Origin: Spirochaetaceae bacterium
GTDB lineage: Bacteria > Spirochaetota > Spirochaetia > DSM-2461
Assembly: GCA_965224705.1 (NCBI GenBank)
Contig: OZ245056.1
Span: 448,001-512,000, forward strand
Length of the DNA: 64,000 nucleotides
Reading direction: 5' to 3'
Position 1 is the first letter of the stretch. Each line of letters starts with the position of its first letter. Made by a program: the position numbers and the translations under genes. The notes under the pieces were generated by a model. It worked only from the letters and a program-made list of their open reading frames with translations, was not told where the DNA came from and did no database searches. Shown piece after piece: positions 1 to 9,803 of the stretch.

Positions 1-13
1 AAGGAAGTGCAAG

Positions 14-646
14 ATGAAAGCATTGATAAGAATCACAATCATTTTTCTCCTCCTGTCCTGTTCCCAACAAATCTCGAAAGAATCCATGAGAACCTATGCG
101 GAGGCGCGCTCTGCCTATCTCAATGGGGATTTCGATACGGCCAGCCAGTTACTTGAAGTCCTGCTGCCGGAAAAATCACTGACCACACAGGTGATGTTCC
201 TGTTGGCGAAAACGTATTTCATGCAGGGTAAAAACATGAAAACTGAAGAACTTCTTGAGAAGATCGTGAAACAAACACCTGAACATGCTGATGCCAGGCT
301 CTGGCTGGCGAGAACAAAAATTGCCCTTGATGAACCTCTGGAAGCCCGGGCAATCCTTGAATGGGAACTGCTCTGGAGTGGAGAGGATCCAAGAATCCTG
401 GCTCTGATGGGAGCCTGTCAGCAGATTCTTGGTGAAACAGACAAAGCCATGGACTACTATCGCCGTGCCGCACTGTTTGAGGATGAATTGGTAAAGATAT
501 ATCTTTCCCTGGCAGCAATATACGGTCGCAGCCGAATTAAGAAGATGGAGGAATACTATGTATACAAAGCAGAATCCATTGCATCAGCTGACAGTCTTTT
601 TGCAGGTGCAGTTCAAGCGGCAAGGACAGCAATTGATAAGAAATAG
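14..646 (+). CDS. TPR-repeat lipoprotein
   Basis: Lipobox LLLSC; TPR-like helices (FLLAKTYF, LWLARTKI, ALMGACQQ). Confidence 0.8.
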   Translation: MKALIRITIIFLLLSCSQQISKESMRTYAEARSAYLNGDFDTASQLLEVLLPEKSLTTQVMFLLAKTYFMQGKNMKTEELLEKIVKQTPEHADARLWLARTKIALDEPLEARAILEWELLWSGEDPRILALMGACQQILGETDKAMDYYRRAALFEDELVKIYLSLAAIYGRSRIKKMEEYYVYKAESIASADSLFAGAVQAARTAIDKK

Positions 647-1097
647 GAAGGTCTTTCTTTTCCCCATCATCATTTCCTTACTCACATCCTGCCTGGGGAC
701 AACGAAAGTGATGATTGTACGGGATGGGCCTGACCGGCATACAAGGTTTCAACTTGATAAGCTGACCATTGATGGTTTCAATGCCTTCGACAATTTCAAA
801 GAGGAAATCAGGGAACTTCAAATCAGTTCTGCCGCAATGGCTGATCTGATACTGACGGAGGAATCAGAAACCAACAGTTCGCCGTGGCTGGTTGATGTGT
901 ACTACAGGAGTGCTGAAGTTTTCAGGGGATTCCAGAGGACACAGAGCAGTGCTGTGATACTGACAGTCAAAGACAAATATGGGGGTATCTATTCCAAAGT
1001 TTATCATACAAAACAGGGGGATGCCGGCTTCGACGATGTATCCATTCTGATGGACAGTACCATGAATGTGTGGCTGCTGCTTGCAGAAAAACTATGA
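633..1097 (+). CDS. Hypothetical lipoprotein
   Basis: TTG at 633 after AAGGA, in the frame of ORF 558-1097; signal peptide ending LLTSC; stop overlaps the next ATG. Confidence 0.6.
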   Translation: MIRNRKVFLFPIIISLLTSCLGTTKVMIVRDGPDRHTRFQLDKLTIDGFNAFDNFKEEIRELQISSAAMADLILTEESETNSSPWLVDVYYRSAEVFRGFQRTQSSAVILTVKDKYGGIYSKVYHTKQGDAGFDDVSILMDSTMNVWLLLAEKL

Positions 1098-2494
1098 GAA
1101 CCCTTACAGATAAACAGCTGTTGATTTTTCTTCTGATTGTATGCGGGGCAGGCATTCCCGGTCTGGCCTCTGAGGAGGGAGCCGTTGTACTGGATCTCTC
1201 CACTGCGATTGCCATGACTCTCGCAGAATCTCAGGATCTTGGAAACGGCCGGTTTTCATTGGAAGCAGCAGAAATCCAGCGGCGGCTTATATTCCAGGCA
1301 TTCTTTCCAGCATTGTCTGTTGAGTATTCCAGTGGAGATTCCATAGTCAACAATGCCGCCGATACAAAAAAAACAGAAATAAAAATAGCTCTTCTCCAAC
1401 CGGTTTTTCAGGGGGGACGAGTACTCCATTCCCTCCGTCGAAAAAAATTGGAACTGGATCAGGGTCAACAGGAATTAAAATCTCTGGCCGATGAACAAAG
1501 GCTGTTATGCTACTCAAATTACTTCTCATATTTGATACAGAAGGAAAAAATTCTTCACCAGGAGGAAATAGTCTCCATAGCTCAGGATCAGCTGCGAATC
1601 TCCCGGACAGAATTTGAACTGGGTCGAATACGGGAAACAGACTTTTTGGAAACAGACCTGGAAGTTCAGGGCATGATTCAGGGGTTGGAAACCCAGTATC
1701 AAACATTGAAGGAAGCAGCTTACAGTTTGCGGCAGCTGCTAGGATTGGAGCCGGATCAACCCTTTCACATCCTGGAAAGACTTCCGGTCAATTATTCAGG
1801 TATCGAAATAAATCACCCTTCTGAGGAGCTTATCATCATGGCACTGCGATCCAATTACCAGATCCGCCAGGGATTGCTGGAACTTGAATCCAAAAGAATG
1901 GACTATAAATCAGCGAAAGCTCAATGGCTGCCAACCCTGTCAGTTGAGGGATCTATGACGCTGTCAGGAGATGGATACCCCGTACAGAACGCCAACTATG
2001 CCATTAAACTCAATCTACAGTTTCCTCTTCCATGGGCTTCCGTTTCCGGTTCACTGGGAATTACCTCATCATCAAATAATAATTCAGGCACCACAGGCGA
2101 ACTTGGATTTCGAATACCTCAAAACACAGAGTATGCAGTCAATGCTAAAACAGCATCCCTGGCGTTGAGCAACACACAGGAACGGTACGAAACCCTTCAG
2201 AAGAATTTACGTTTCCAGATTCGCAATACACTGAGCCGCTACGACGGTATGCGAAAATCTCTTCAGATGTCGAACAAACAGGTAGCCCTCCTGAAACGCC
2301 GTCTGGAAATTCTTGAATTGGAAGTTGACCTTGGAACCACCACGAGGCTGGATTTCATTACAGCACAGAATGAATACATTGAAAAAGTTCTCGCCCTTCT
2401 GGAAGGGACTCTGGAACTCCTATTGACTGAGCGGGCCCTTGAATCACTCATCGGGCTGCCATTCAACACCCTGACACATTCGAGGTATCCATGA
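1094..2494 (+). CDS. TolC-family outer membrane efflux protein
   Basis: Signal peptide; two OEP-like repeats (FFPALSV..QPVFQGG, WLPTLSV; ELGRIRETDFLE, DLGTTTRLDFI). Confidence 0.85.
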   Translation: MRTLTDKQLLIFLLIVCGAGIPGLASEEGAVVLDLSTAIAMTLAESQDLGNGRFSLEAAEIQRRLIFQAFFPALSVEYSSGDSIVNNAADTKKTEIKIALLQPVFQGGRVLHSLRRKKLELDQGQQELKSLADEQRLLCYSNYFSYLIQKEKILHQEEIVSIAQDQLRISRTEFELGRIRETDFLETDLEVQGMIQGLETQYQTLKEAAYSLRQLLGLEPDQPFHILERLPVNYSGIEINHPSEELIIMALRSNYQIRQGLLELESKRMDYKSAKAQWLPTLSVEGSMTLSGDGYPVQNANYAIKLNLQFPLPWASVSGSLGITSSSNNNSGTTGELGFRIPQNTEYAVNAKTASLALSNTQERYETLQKNLRFQIRNTLSRYDGMRKSLQMSNKQVALLKRRLEILELEVDLGTTTRLDFITAQNEYIEKVLALLEGTLELLLTERALESLIGLPFNTLTHSRYP

Positions 2495-3852
2495 CTGAGT
2501 TCTATCTCCTGGCGGCAGTTTCACTCCTCATCCTTTCAGGAAGCAATTTACAATCAAACAGTGTTCCTGCGGAAGAGTCTTCTGAACTGGGCGCATATAA
2601 ACCACCGGTCAAAACCCTGATCACCGAATCCGAAGAGATTCAGAACCAGATCTACTCCAGCGGCAACATCAGCTATGCCCGCAAAGCGGATATCACCGTG
2701 TCCGTTGATGGCCGGTACAAAACCCTTAACTATGAGGAAGGAGATAAAGTGACCTCCGGAGCTGTGGTTGCCCAACTCTCCAATGTACAGGTGGAAATTC
2801 AACTCTCAAGAGCCATTGCTGCGGTGAGTTCTGCCAGAGCCGAACTGACCTTAGCGCAGGCCAATTATGATGAAGGCCGGAATCAATTCGAGGCCCGCTT
2901 CCTGGGAATTGAAAAAACGGCACTGGAAATAAAACAGAAGGACAGAGAACTCCAGGAATTGCATAGAACCCATGAGGATCAGGCGGCTCTGTTTGAAGTT
3001 GGAGGCATTACGGAATCTGCTCTGCGATCTGTAAAACTGACCTTCCAATCGGCGGCGACTGAACTGGATCTCCTTAAAAAAGACCTTGAAATACGGAGAA
3101 TTGGTCTTCGCGAACAGGATGTAACTATTCAGGGACTGACAGTTCCCGAAGATGCAGAGGAATTAAAACGAGTTCTTACAGACATCAATACCCGTACCCT
3201 GCTTGCCGAGAAAAAAGTTGCAGAAGCAAGATTGATTTCTGCCCAGAAGGAGTTGGAATCGGCACAGGCCCTTGTTGAGGAACTCTCTCTGAAATCCCCA
3301 ATCACCGGAGTTATTGGAGCACGGGGTCCTGAAGTGGGTGAGAAGGCCTCTCCCGGAGACAATGTTTATACAGTTTTCGAGAGCAGAAAACTTCATGTTG
3401 TATTTCCAATCCAGGAGGCCGATGCGATTGGAATCAGTCGGGGGATGGAAGTAGAGGTTGAAATTGATGCCCTGCCCGGTAAAAAATTCACCGCCGTTAC
3501 CGACAGAATTTCACCCATAGTGGATCCCTATTCCGGAAATGTTACTATCCGTGCGGTCCTTGAAGGCAGGGATCTGGATCTCCAGCCTGGAATGTTTGCC
3601 AGAGTGACTATAAAGATCGGATCTCCACGTTCAGCCATTCTCATCCCCCGGAGTACTCTTGTCAGCAAAAGGGGTGAATCCGGTTCGATATATACAGTGA
3701 GAAATGGCAGGGTCTACATCAAATCCCTGCAGCTGGGTCAGATGTTTGATGGAAATATAGAAGTGCTGGAAAATCTTACCGAAGGAGAACTCATAATCGA
3801 TGATCCCTCTCCCATTCTCAGGGAAGGAGAGGAGGTAAACCCTGGGCACTGA
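2491..3852 (+). CDS. RND periplasmic adaptor (membrane fusion protein) with long coiled coil
   Basis: Lipoyl halves (EEGDKV, LKSPITGVI) and LQPGMFARV motif. Confidence 0.9.
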   Translation: MTEFYLLAAVSLLILSGSNLQSNSVPAEESSELGAYKPPVKTLITESEEIQNQIYSSGNISYARKADITVSVDGRYKTLNYEEGDKVTSGAVVAQLSNVQVEIQLSRAIAAVSSARAELTLAQANYDEGRNQFEARFLGIEKTALEIKQKDRELQELHRTHEDQAALFEVGGITESALRSVKLTFQSAATELDLLKKDLEIRRIGLREQDVTIQGLTVPEDAEELKRVLTDINTRTLLAEKKVAEARLISAQKELESAQALVEELSLKSPITGVIGARGPEVGEKASPGDNVYTVFESRKLHVVFPIQEADAIGISRGMEVEVEIDALPGKKFTAVTDRISPIVDPYSGNVTIRAVLEGRDLDLQPGMFARVTIKIGSPRSAILIPRSTLVSKRGESGSIYTVRNGRVYIKSLQLGQMFDGNIEVLENLTEGELIIDDPSPILREGEEVNPGH

Positions 3853-5284
3853 ATCGAAATGGCTGTTCAATCTGATCATCATACTGACCTCCTCATGCAG
3901 TCTGATCAATCTTCAATCCTTCAACATTTCTTCCTGGCCTGATACAAGGAATCAAATTCTTCCAATGGATGCTGTTATCTGGGTGGAATTTCCCGAAGAT
4001 GTGAACCATACAAGGGCCGAAGAAGCCGTATCTGTCAGCAATCATCTGGGTGCCGTTGAATGTGAGTATACATGGACGGAGAATCGAATACATCTTCAGC
4101 CGAGAAACCCATGGATTCCCGGTTACCGAAACACGCTGATCATCGATGGAGTTTTCAATCTACCGGACAATCGGGAGTACAGGGTCAATCAGATTGTTCC
4201 ATTTCACATTCTTACTTCCAATAATGTACCAATTCTTCTTGGATTCCAGCCGGATGATGAGGCCATTGTTACACAAACAGAGCCACTGGTTCTACGTTTC
4301 TCCAGATCAATGGATGAGGCCTCATTTCAGGAAGCCCTGAGAATAAAACCAGATTCTGACGTGAATTATGCCTGGACCCCGGATAGCAGCATGGTAACGG
4401 TTTCACCGGACAAAGAATGGAAAAGCTTAACACGACACTCGGTGACCATTCCTGAAAGCATCACAGACAAAACCGGCGTACCTCTGGCCGAAGAATACAT
4501 CTTCAATTTTCGCACTATTAATGACACGGTCCCTCCCCTACTCCAGAACTCCCATCCCTGGAGCATGAAGAGCAGCCAGTTTCTTACAAATCTAACCCTG
4601 GACGACATCGACAACAATCTTGGGATATATCTTCAGTTTGATGAATCCATTGACTGGGACACTCTGGAATCAGCCTGGTCAATAGATCCGGATATGACAT
4701 TTCAGACCGTCATTCTTAGTAGCAGTTCAGCCGCATTCATTCCTGAGGACAGGTGGACGCCGGAGGAAAGCTACACAATCACCATCGATGAAAACTGTCA
4801 GGATTTATCCGGTAACAGATTGATTGAACCGATAACGGTTGAATTCACCTGTGCCATTCTTCGCCAGGAGGTGACGGCCATTTCCCACTCAACAGCCGAT
4901 CCAGTGAACGATCTTACAGCAGGCTCCCCTGCCAGCAGCATTCCCCTCAGTTTGGAGACAGGTCCCGAAGCATCGCATGGGTTTTCCCTTACCTTAAGCC
5001 AGCCCCTGAGTGTGGAAAGATTGCCGGATTTTATCGGCACAATAACCATCACTGCGGTGTTTCCATCCACCATTTCAACACCAGAGCTGGCCCATGCTTC
5101 ATTGATCACACCCCTTACTCTGGAACTCCACTATAAGAATTTCAGCCCTGCCATTTCCGGAACTCAGGTGAATCATTATTATCGCATGTCCCAGAATGCC
5201 AACCCGGATAAAACTGTCAACGATGCAGGCTCCCATGTTACCGAAAACTGGACAATTCTCTACGTCCTTGAGGCTTCTCCGTGA
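3842..5284 (+). CDS. Ig-like (Big_5-type) domain lipoprotein, probable CTG start
   Basis: Frame open from CTG 3842 (GGAGGT upstream) with lipobox LTSSC; repeated FSRSMD / FDESID..ITD..G..L Ig-like modules. Confidence 0.7.
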   Translation: MGTESKWLFNLIIILTSSCSLINLQSFNISSWPDTRNQILPMDAVIWVEFPEDVNHTRAEEAVSVSNHLGAVECEYTWTENRIHLQPRNPWIPGYRNTLIIDGVFNLPDNREYRVNQIVPFHILTSNNVPILLGFQPDDEAIVTQTEPLVLRFSRSMDEASFQEALRIKPDSDVNYAWTPDSSMVTVSPDKEWKSLTRHSVTIPESITDKTGVPLAEEYIFNFRTINDTVPPLLQNSHPWSMKSSQFLTNLTLDDIDNNLGIYLQFDESIDWDTLESAWSIDPDMTFQTVILSSSSAAFIPEDRWTPEESYTITIDENCQDLSGNRLIEPITVEFTCAILRQEVTAISHSTADPVNDLTAGSPASSIPLSLETGPEASHGFSLTLSQPLSVERLPDFIGTITITAVFPSTISTPELAHASLITPLTLELHYKNFSPAISGTQVNHYYRMSQNANPDKTVNDAGSHVTENWTILYVLEASP

Positions 5285-6807
5285 GGTGTTCAGCCCTGTT
5301 TATTCTGCTCGTTACAGGCTGTAATTTCTTTGATATCATCAATACAGAAAGTCTTGAAATCACCGGCTTTACACCTGACTCGAAATTCATCAATACGGCT
5401 GACCTCCATGGGATCTCCATTACTTTTTCCCGAATTCCAGATCTTACTCTGGCCGAAGAAGCTTTTACTCTTACAGATGACGGCCTCCCATCCTATGGAG
5501 AATTTGCATGGTCAGGTTCCACCATGATGTTTCAGCCCTATGCAGGTTGGAAGAATGGAGTTCAGTATGAAATGAAGGTGGAAACCTCTGTCGAAGATTT
5601 CCGCGGCCGCTCCCTGAGTCAGGATTTTGTGCATTCTTTTACAACCCGTTCCGAAGAGACAAGGCCATTCATTGTATCATCAACACCAGGTGATGGAACA
5701 GGTACTTCCCAGCTCCGCCCCCGGATAACTGTTCGGTTTTCTGAGCCCATGGATGTGGGTACTGTTGCTGAATCATTGAGCATATATCCAGATATGGATG
5801 GCATTCTTCTCTGGGACAGTGCAGGTGAGTTATTCTCCTACATCCTCACAGAAGATCTGGACTGGCAGACAGAATATGAAGTAACAGTAACCGACAGGGC
5901 TACCGATGCTCAGAACAATTCTCTGGCAGAAGAATGGACATGTAAATTTTATATCGGTACCGATTTAATCAATCCCTCCCTCCTCTCACTGAGTACAACA
6001 GGCTCCAGTCGGACCGCAGTACAGGACAGTCTTGAAGATTCAGTACTCACCGTGACACCAGACTGGGAAACCCATTGGCCTGTTGTTTTGAATTTTTCCG
6101 AATCCATGAACACCGAAAGCTTCCAGGGAAATCTGAACATCTCTCCTGGAATTAACTGGACTGAGAACTGGAATACCGACTCCACCCTGCTCACACTCAC
6201 GCCCGATCCAGAATTCTCATGGGATACAACTTACACAATAGTCATTGAAACAGGTATCACCGATATTCAGGGGAATAGCCTGGATACAGAATACCATTTC
6301 ACCCTTCGTACCAACGGCCCCGGTTCCAAACCTCCAGAAGTGGCGGCTGTTGCCCTGTACACAGATCCTGCCGATTCCGGATCGGCCGTTATCCCCACTC
6401 CCTACTCAGCGGTGAGTTTCGCAAATTTCATCGCTCCTCCTGGAAACAGATTCTCGGGAAACTCCATAATTGATGTCTTCCTGGATATGGCCGATGGAGC
6501 CATTCCCGATGTGCTGTCTCTGGCTGAAAATTTCAGGGTAAGAAGAGGGGGCGTCAGGGAGTTTCACATCCTGGCTGCAGCCCGGAAGGATGCCGCTTTC
6601 AATCCTCCCAATTTTGGAACAACAGAATTTGATCCTGCTGATCCAAAAACAGCCTATAACGACTGGGTACGCTTCATTGTTTACATTGACAACAATGACT
6701 CCTCGGCCACCGGAATAATGACATTGACTATTACCGGAGAGTTTACTGATAGTTCTGGCCGTAAAATGGGTAAGGACTGGACAATGCCTGTTCTGATAAC
6801 GGACTAG
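5281..6807 (+). CDS. Ig-like (Big_5-type) multi-domain lipoprotein
   Basis: GTG start, lipobox LVTGC; three modules of the type ITVRFSEPMD...YEVTV..D..GNSL..F.T. Confidence 0.8.
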   Translation: MRCSALFILLVTGCNFFDIINTESLEITGFTPDSKFINTADLHGISITFSRIPDLTLAEEAFTLTDDGLPSYGEFAWSGSTMMFQPYAGWKNGVQYEMKVETSVEDFRGRSLSQDFVHSFTTRSEETRPFIVSSTPGDGTGTSQLRPRITVRFSEPMDVGTVAESLSIYPDMDGILLWDSAGELFSYILTEDLDWQTEYEVTVTDRATDAQNNSLAEEWTCKFYIGTDLINPSLLSLSTTGSSRTAVQDSLEDSVLTVTPDWETHWPVVLNFSESMNTESFQGNLNISPGINWTENWNTDSTLLTLTPDPEFSWDTTYTIVIETGITDIQGNSLDTEYHFTLRTNGPGSKPPEVAAVALYTDPADSGSAVIPTPYSAVSFANFIAPPGNRFSGNSIIDVFLDMADGAIPDVLSLAENFRVRRGGVREFHILAAARKDAAFNPPNFGTTEFDPADPKTAYNDWVRFIVYIDNNDSSATGIMTLTITGEFTDSSGRKMGKDWTMPVLITD

Positions 6808-6815
6808 GAGCAAGC

Positions 6816-9803
6816 ATGACTCGTTTCATTCTGTTCATTCTATCACGGCCCATCGCCAGCATCATCCTGTTCACAGGTATCGCCGCAGGAGGAGTAATTT
6901 CCTCTACCAGTATTCCATTGGATTTCCTTCCGCGAATGGAAGTACCCCGAATTACGGTAGCAACGGCCTTTCAGGGTCTTCCAGCATCCGATGTCCGTGA
7001 ACTCATCACCATACCACTGGAAGATGCATTATCGGGTTTAAATGGCTTGAAGAGAATACGGTCATTTTCAAGAGATGGTTCATCGCTCATCCAGCTGATA
7101 TTGAAATGGGGCAGTTCCATGGATACGGCAGCCCTTCAGGTAAGAGAGATCATCGATGTGGCCAGTGTTTCCCTGCCAGGTCAGTCAGAAAAACCTCTTG
7201 TTCTTCCTGTTGACCCTGGAGAAGCCCCTGTCATCCTTCTTGGTATCTTCCCCAGAACGGGTGTGAATCCATCCCTGATTCGGGAAATGGCCAATCGGGA
7301 AATTCGGGCGGCCCTGCAGCAGGTCGAGGGGGTGGGCTCCATCCAGGTATCCGGGGGGCAGCAGGAGTATATTGAAGTCAAAGTTGATCAATCCCGCCTC
7401 GCCCGGACCGGTCTTTCCCTCTCGGTACTGTCAGATACCATCGGGGGCATGAATGCCGAATACCCGTCCGGAAGCATTAACGACGGCGACACACGGTACA
7501 TCATCAAAACCGATGGACGGCGTCAATCCGTGGAGGAAATCTCACGAACAGGACTTGTTGGAAACAATGCTGCCAGTTTAATCCGTGTACAGGATGTAGC
7601 CCAGGTTCAGCGGGAACCAGGAAAGAGACAGGCATTTCTTATCACCGATGGGAGAGAGGGTGTCGCAATGCTGATAAGACGAAACCGGGGATTCAGTCCC
7701 GTTACTCTGAGCCGCAACCTCAGAACCCGCATACCAGATCTCAACCGCACTTTTTCAGGTGATTTACAGATCCAGTTTATCTATGACCGCTCCGAAGAAA
7801 TATCGTCCAGCATCAGGCGTCTGTTTCTATCCGGTATCGCTGGAGCTCTTGCAGCCTTTGTTGTACTCTGGCTCTATCTCCGCCGACTCAGCTATGCCTT
7901 AATCACCATAACAGCCATTCCCCTTTCCATTCTGGGAACCATTCTCTCCCTCAAGTTCATGGGTATCACCTTCAACATAATGTCGCTTGGGGGACTCACT
8001 CTCGGGTTAGGGATGCTGGTGGATAATACCGTGGTTGTTCTTGAGAATCTTGTCAGGAAAGCCCATTGCAGTGGTAATTTCAGTATCGCAGAATCCACTT
8101 CTGAGATTGCCTCTTCCACCGTAGGTTCCACACTCACCAGCATTGTTGTTTTCCTACCCCTCCTCTTCCTGCCCGGACTGCATGGTGAGCTTTTCAGTGA
8201 CCTGGCCTGGGCCGTCATCCTATCCCTTGTCTTCTCTTTTCTGGTGTCAATAACGTGGGGGCCGCTGTTGTTTTCAAAACTGAATTTCAAGGGAGCATCT
8301 CCCCTCCCCGATCGTCCATCGAAGAGTGTTCGACTTTTATTCAAGAAACAGCTGCGCCATCCCGGCCGATGGATATTCCCCGCAGTCATGTTCATGGCGG
8401 CCGGTGTATTGATTGCATCGGGGATGAGTTTCCGCTGGCTGCAGCCCATTCATCAATCCCGTATCGATGTTGTGGTAAAACATCCATCAGGAACCACCAT
8501 TGAGCACCAGTTTCTAACCGCTGGAGAACTGGTCAACTACCTGAAAGATGAATCCAGCATCATTTCCGTCAGTGTAACAGGCGGAGGCAGTCTCCAGGAT
8601 CCTTACTTCCTTGCCGATCCATCCCGAAGCCGGGAACGAATGGATCTACATGTATTTCTTGAACCAGATTCAAATTGGACGCCCAATCTGCTGCAGGAGG
8701 ATCTGCAGAACAGGCTGGGCGAAGGAATAAGCGTCAGGGCAGAATATCCCCGGGATTTATTAAGCCAGGTGCTCAATCTGTCTGAGGGCAGAATCCGCCT
8801 CATCGTTCCGGGAAAGGATACCGAATCGGCTGTAAAACTGGCCATGAACATACAATCAAATACGAAGGGGAATGAGGAAATCGATATTATCCAGGGAAAC
8901 AAAAAACCCCTGCTCCGTTTACAGCCTGACCGGCAGGCCCTCCACCGATACGGTTTGAACCCTGCCTCTCTGGCAGGAATCGTTGGTACTGCTGTCAATG
9001 GGCAGGTAGTCAGTTTCCTGGAGGAGACAGGCCGCCGCATTCCAATAAGGGTAAGGCTGAGAGAAGAGGATAGAAAAAACCGCCGAATTCTGGAGGAATT
9101 GAGCATCCGTGCAGCAAAAGATGCGGTGTTGAAACTTGGTGATGTGACGACTTTTATTGAACATGAAGACTATCCTGTCCTCCACCGGGAGGAGCGGAGA
9201 GATGTTGTGAGAATTGAAGTGCCTTCCCATCAGGCAGGAAAGTGGTTGAGTCAATGGAAGGGGCATATCATCCATCCTGAATCAGAGCTCATTCAAACTC
9301 AGCGAAAGGCCTTCATCCACCTCATCCTGCTGGCTGTTGGGCTTCTTTACATTCTTCTGGGCATACAATTCAACAGCTCTGGACTACCCATTATGCTTCT
9401 TTGCGCACAGCCCCTTCCTCTGGTTGGTACAGTTTCACTTCTCTGGGTAACAGGTTTGGAACTCACACTGAGCAGTCTTCTGGGCATGCTGATGGTACTG
9501 GGATTGAGCATCAACAATGCCATCCTACTCTATGAAAACTACCGCCGCAAACGGCTGAAGGGCATGTCTCCGGGACTGACAATTTACCTTGGAACATTCG
9601 AGTGCATGCGTCCCATTATGATTACAACGTGTACAAGTATTGCCGCCATGCTTCCCCTGGCGTTGGATTTCTCCGGTCGAAATCCCCAGCAGGGTCTGGC
9701 CCTGGCGGTCACTGGGGGATTGGGTGCTGCCATACCCGCTGCATTGTTCTGCCTGCCTGCTCTCTTCTATTTCTATTTCACTCAGCAGGATCACAGGTTA
9801 TGA
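6816..9803 (+). CDS. AcrB-family RND permease, subunit 1
   Basis: 995 aa; RPIAS, ITIPLEDALSGLNGL, GMLVDNTVVVLEN, RPIMITT. Confidence 0.9.
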   Translation: MTRFILFILSRPIASIILFTGIAAGGVISSTSIPLDFLPRMEVPRITVATAFQGLPASDVRELITIPLEDALSGLNGLKRIRSFSRDGSSLIQLILKWGSSMDTAALQVREIIDVASVSLPGQSEKPLVLPVDPGEAPVILLGIFPRTGVNPSLIREMANREIRAALQQVEGVGSIQVSGGQQEYIEVKVDQSRLARTGLSLSVLSDTIGGMNAEYPSGSINDGDTRYIIKTDGRRQSVEEISRTGLVGNNAASLIRVQDVAQVQREPGKRQAFLITDGREGVAMLIRRNRGFSPVTLSRNLRTRIPDLNRTFSGDLQIQFIYDRSEEISSSIRRLFLSGIAGALAAFVVLWLYLRRLSYALITITAIPLSILGTILSLKFMGITFNIMSLGGLTLGLGMLVDNTVVVLENLVRKAHCSGNFSIAESTSEIASSTVGSTLTSIVVFLPLLFLPGLHGELFSDLAWAVILSLVFSFLVSITWGPLLFSKLNFKGASPLPDRPSKSVRLLFKKQLRHPGRWIFPAVMFMAAGVLIASGMSFRWLQPIHQSRIDVVVKHPSGTTIEHQFLTAGELVNYLKDESSIISVSVTGGGSLQDPYFLADPSRSRERMDLHVFLEPDSNWTPNLLQEDLQNRLGEGISVRAEYPRDLLSQVLNLSEGRIRLIVPGKDTESAVKLAMNIQSNTKGNEEIDIIQGNKKPLLRLQPDRQALHRYGLNPASLAGIVGTAVNGQVVSFLEETGRRIPIRVRLREEDRKNRRILEELSIRAAKDAVLKLGDVTTFIEHEDYPVLHREERRDVVRIEVPSHQAGKWLSQWKGHIIHPESELIQTQRKAFIHLILLAVGLLYILLGIQFNSSGLPIMLLCAQPLPLVGTVSLLWVTGLELTLSSLLGMLMVLGLSINNAILLYENYRRKRLKGMSPGLTIYLGTFECMRPIMITTCTSIAAMLPLALDFSGRNPQQGLALAVTGGLGAAIPAALFCLPALFYFYFTQQDHRL

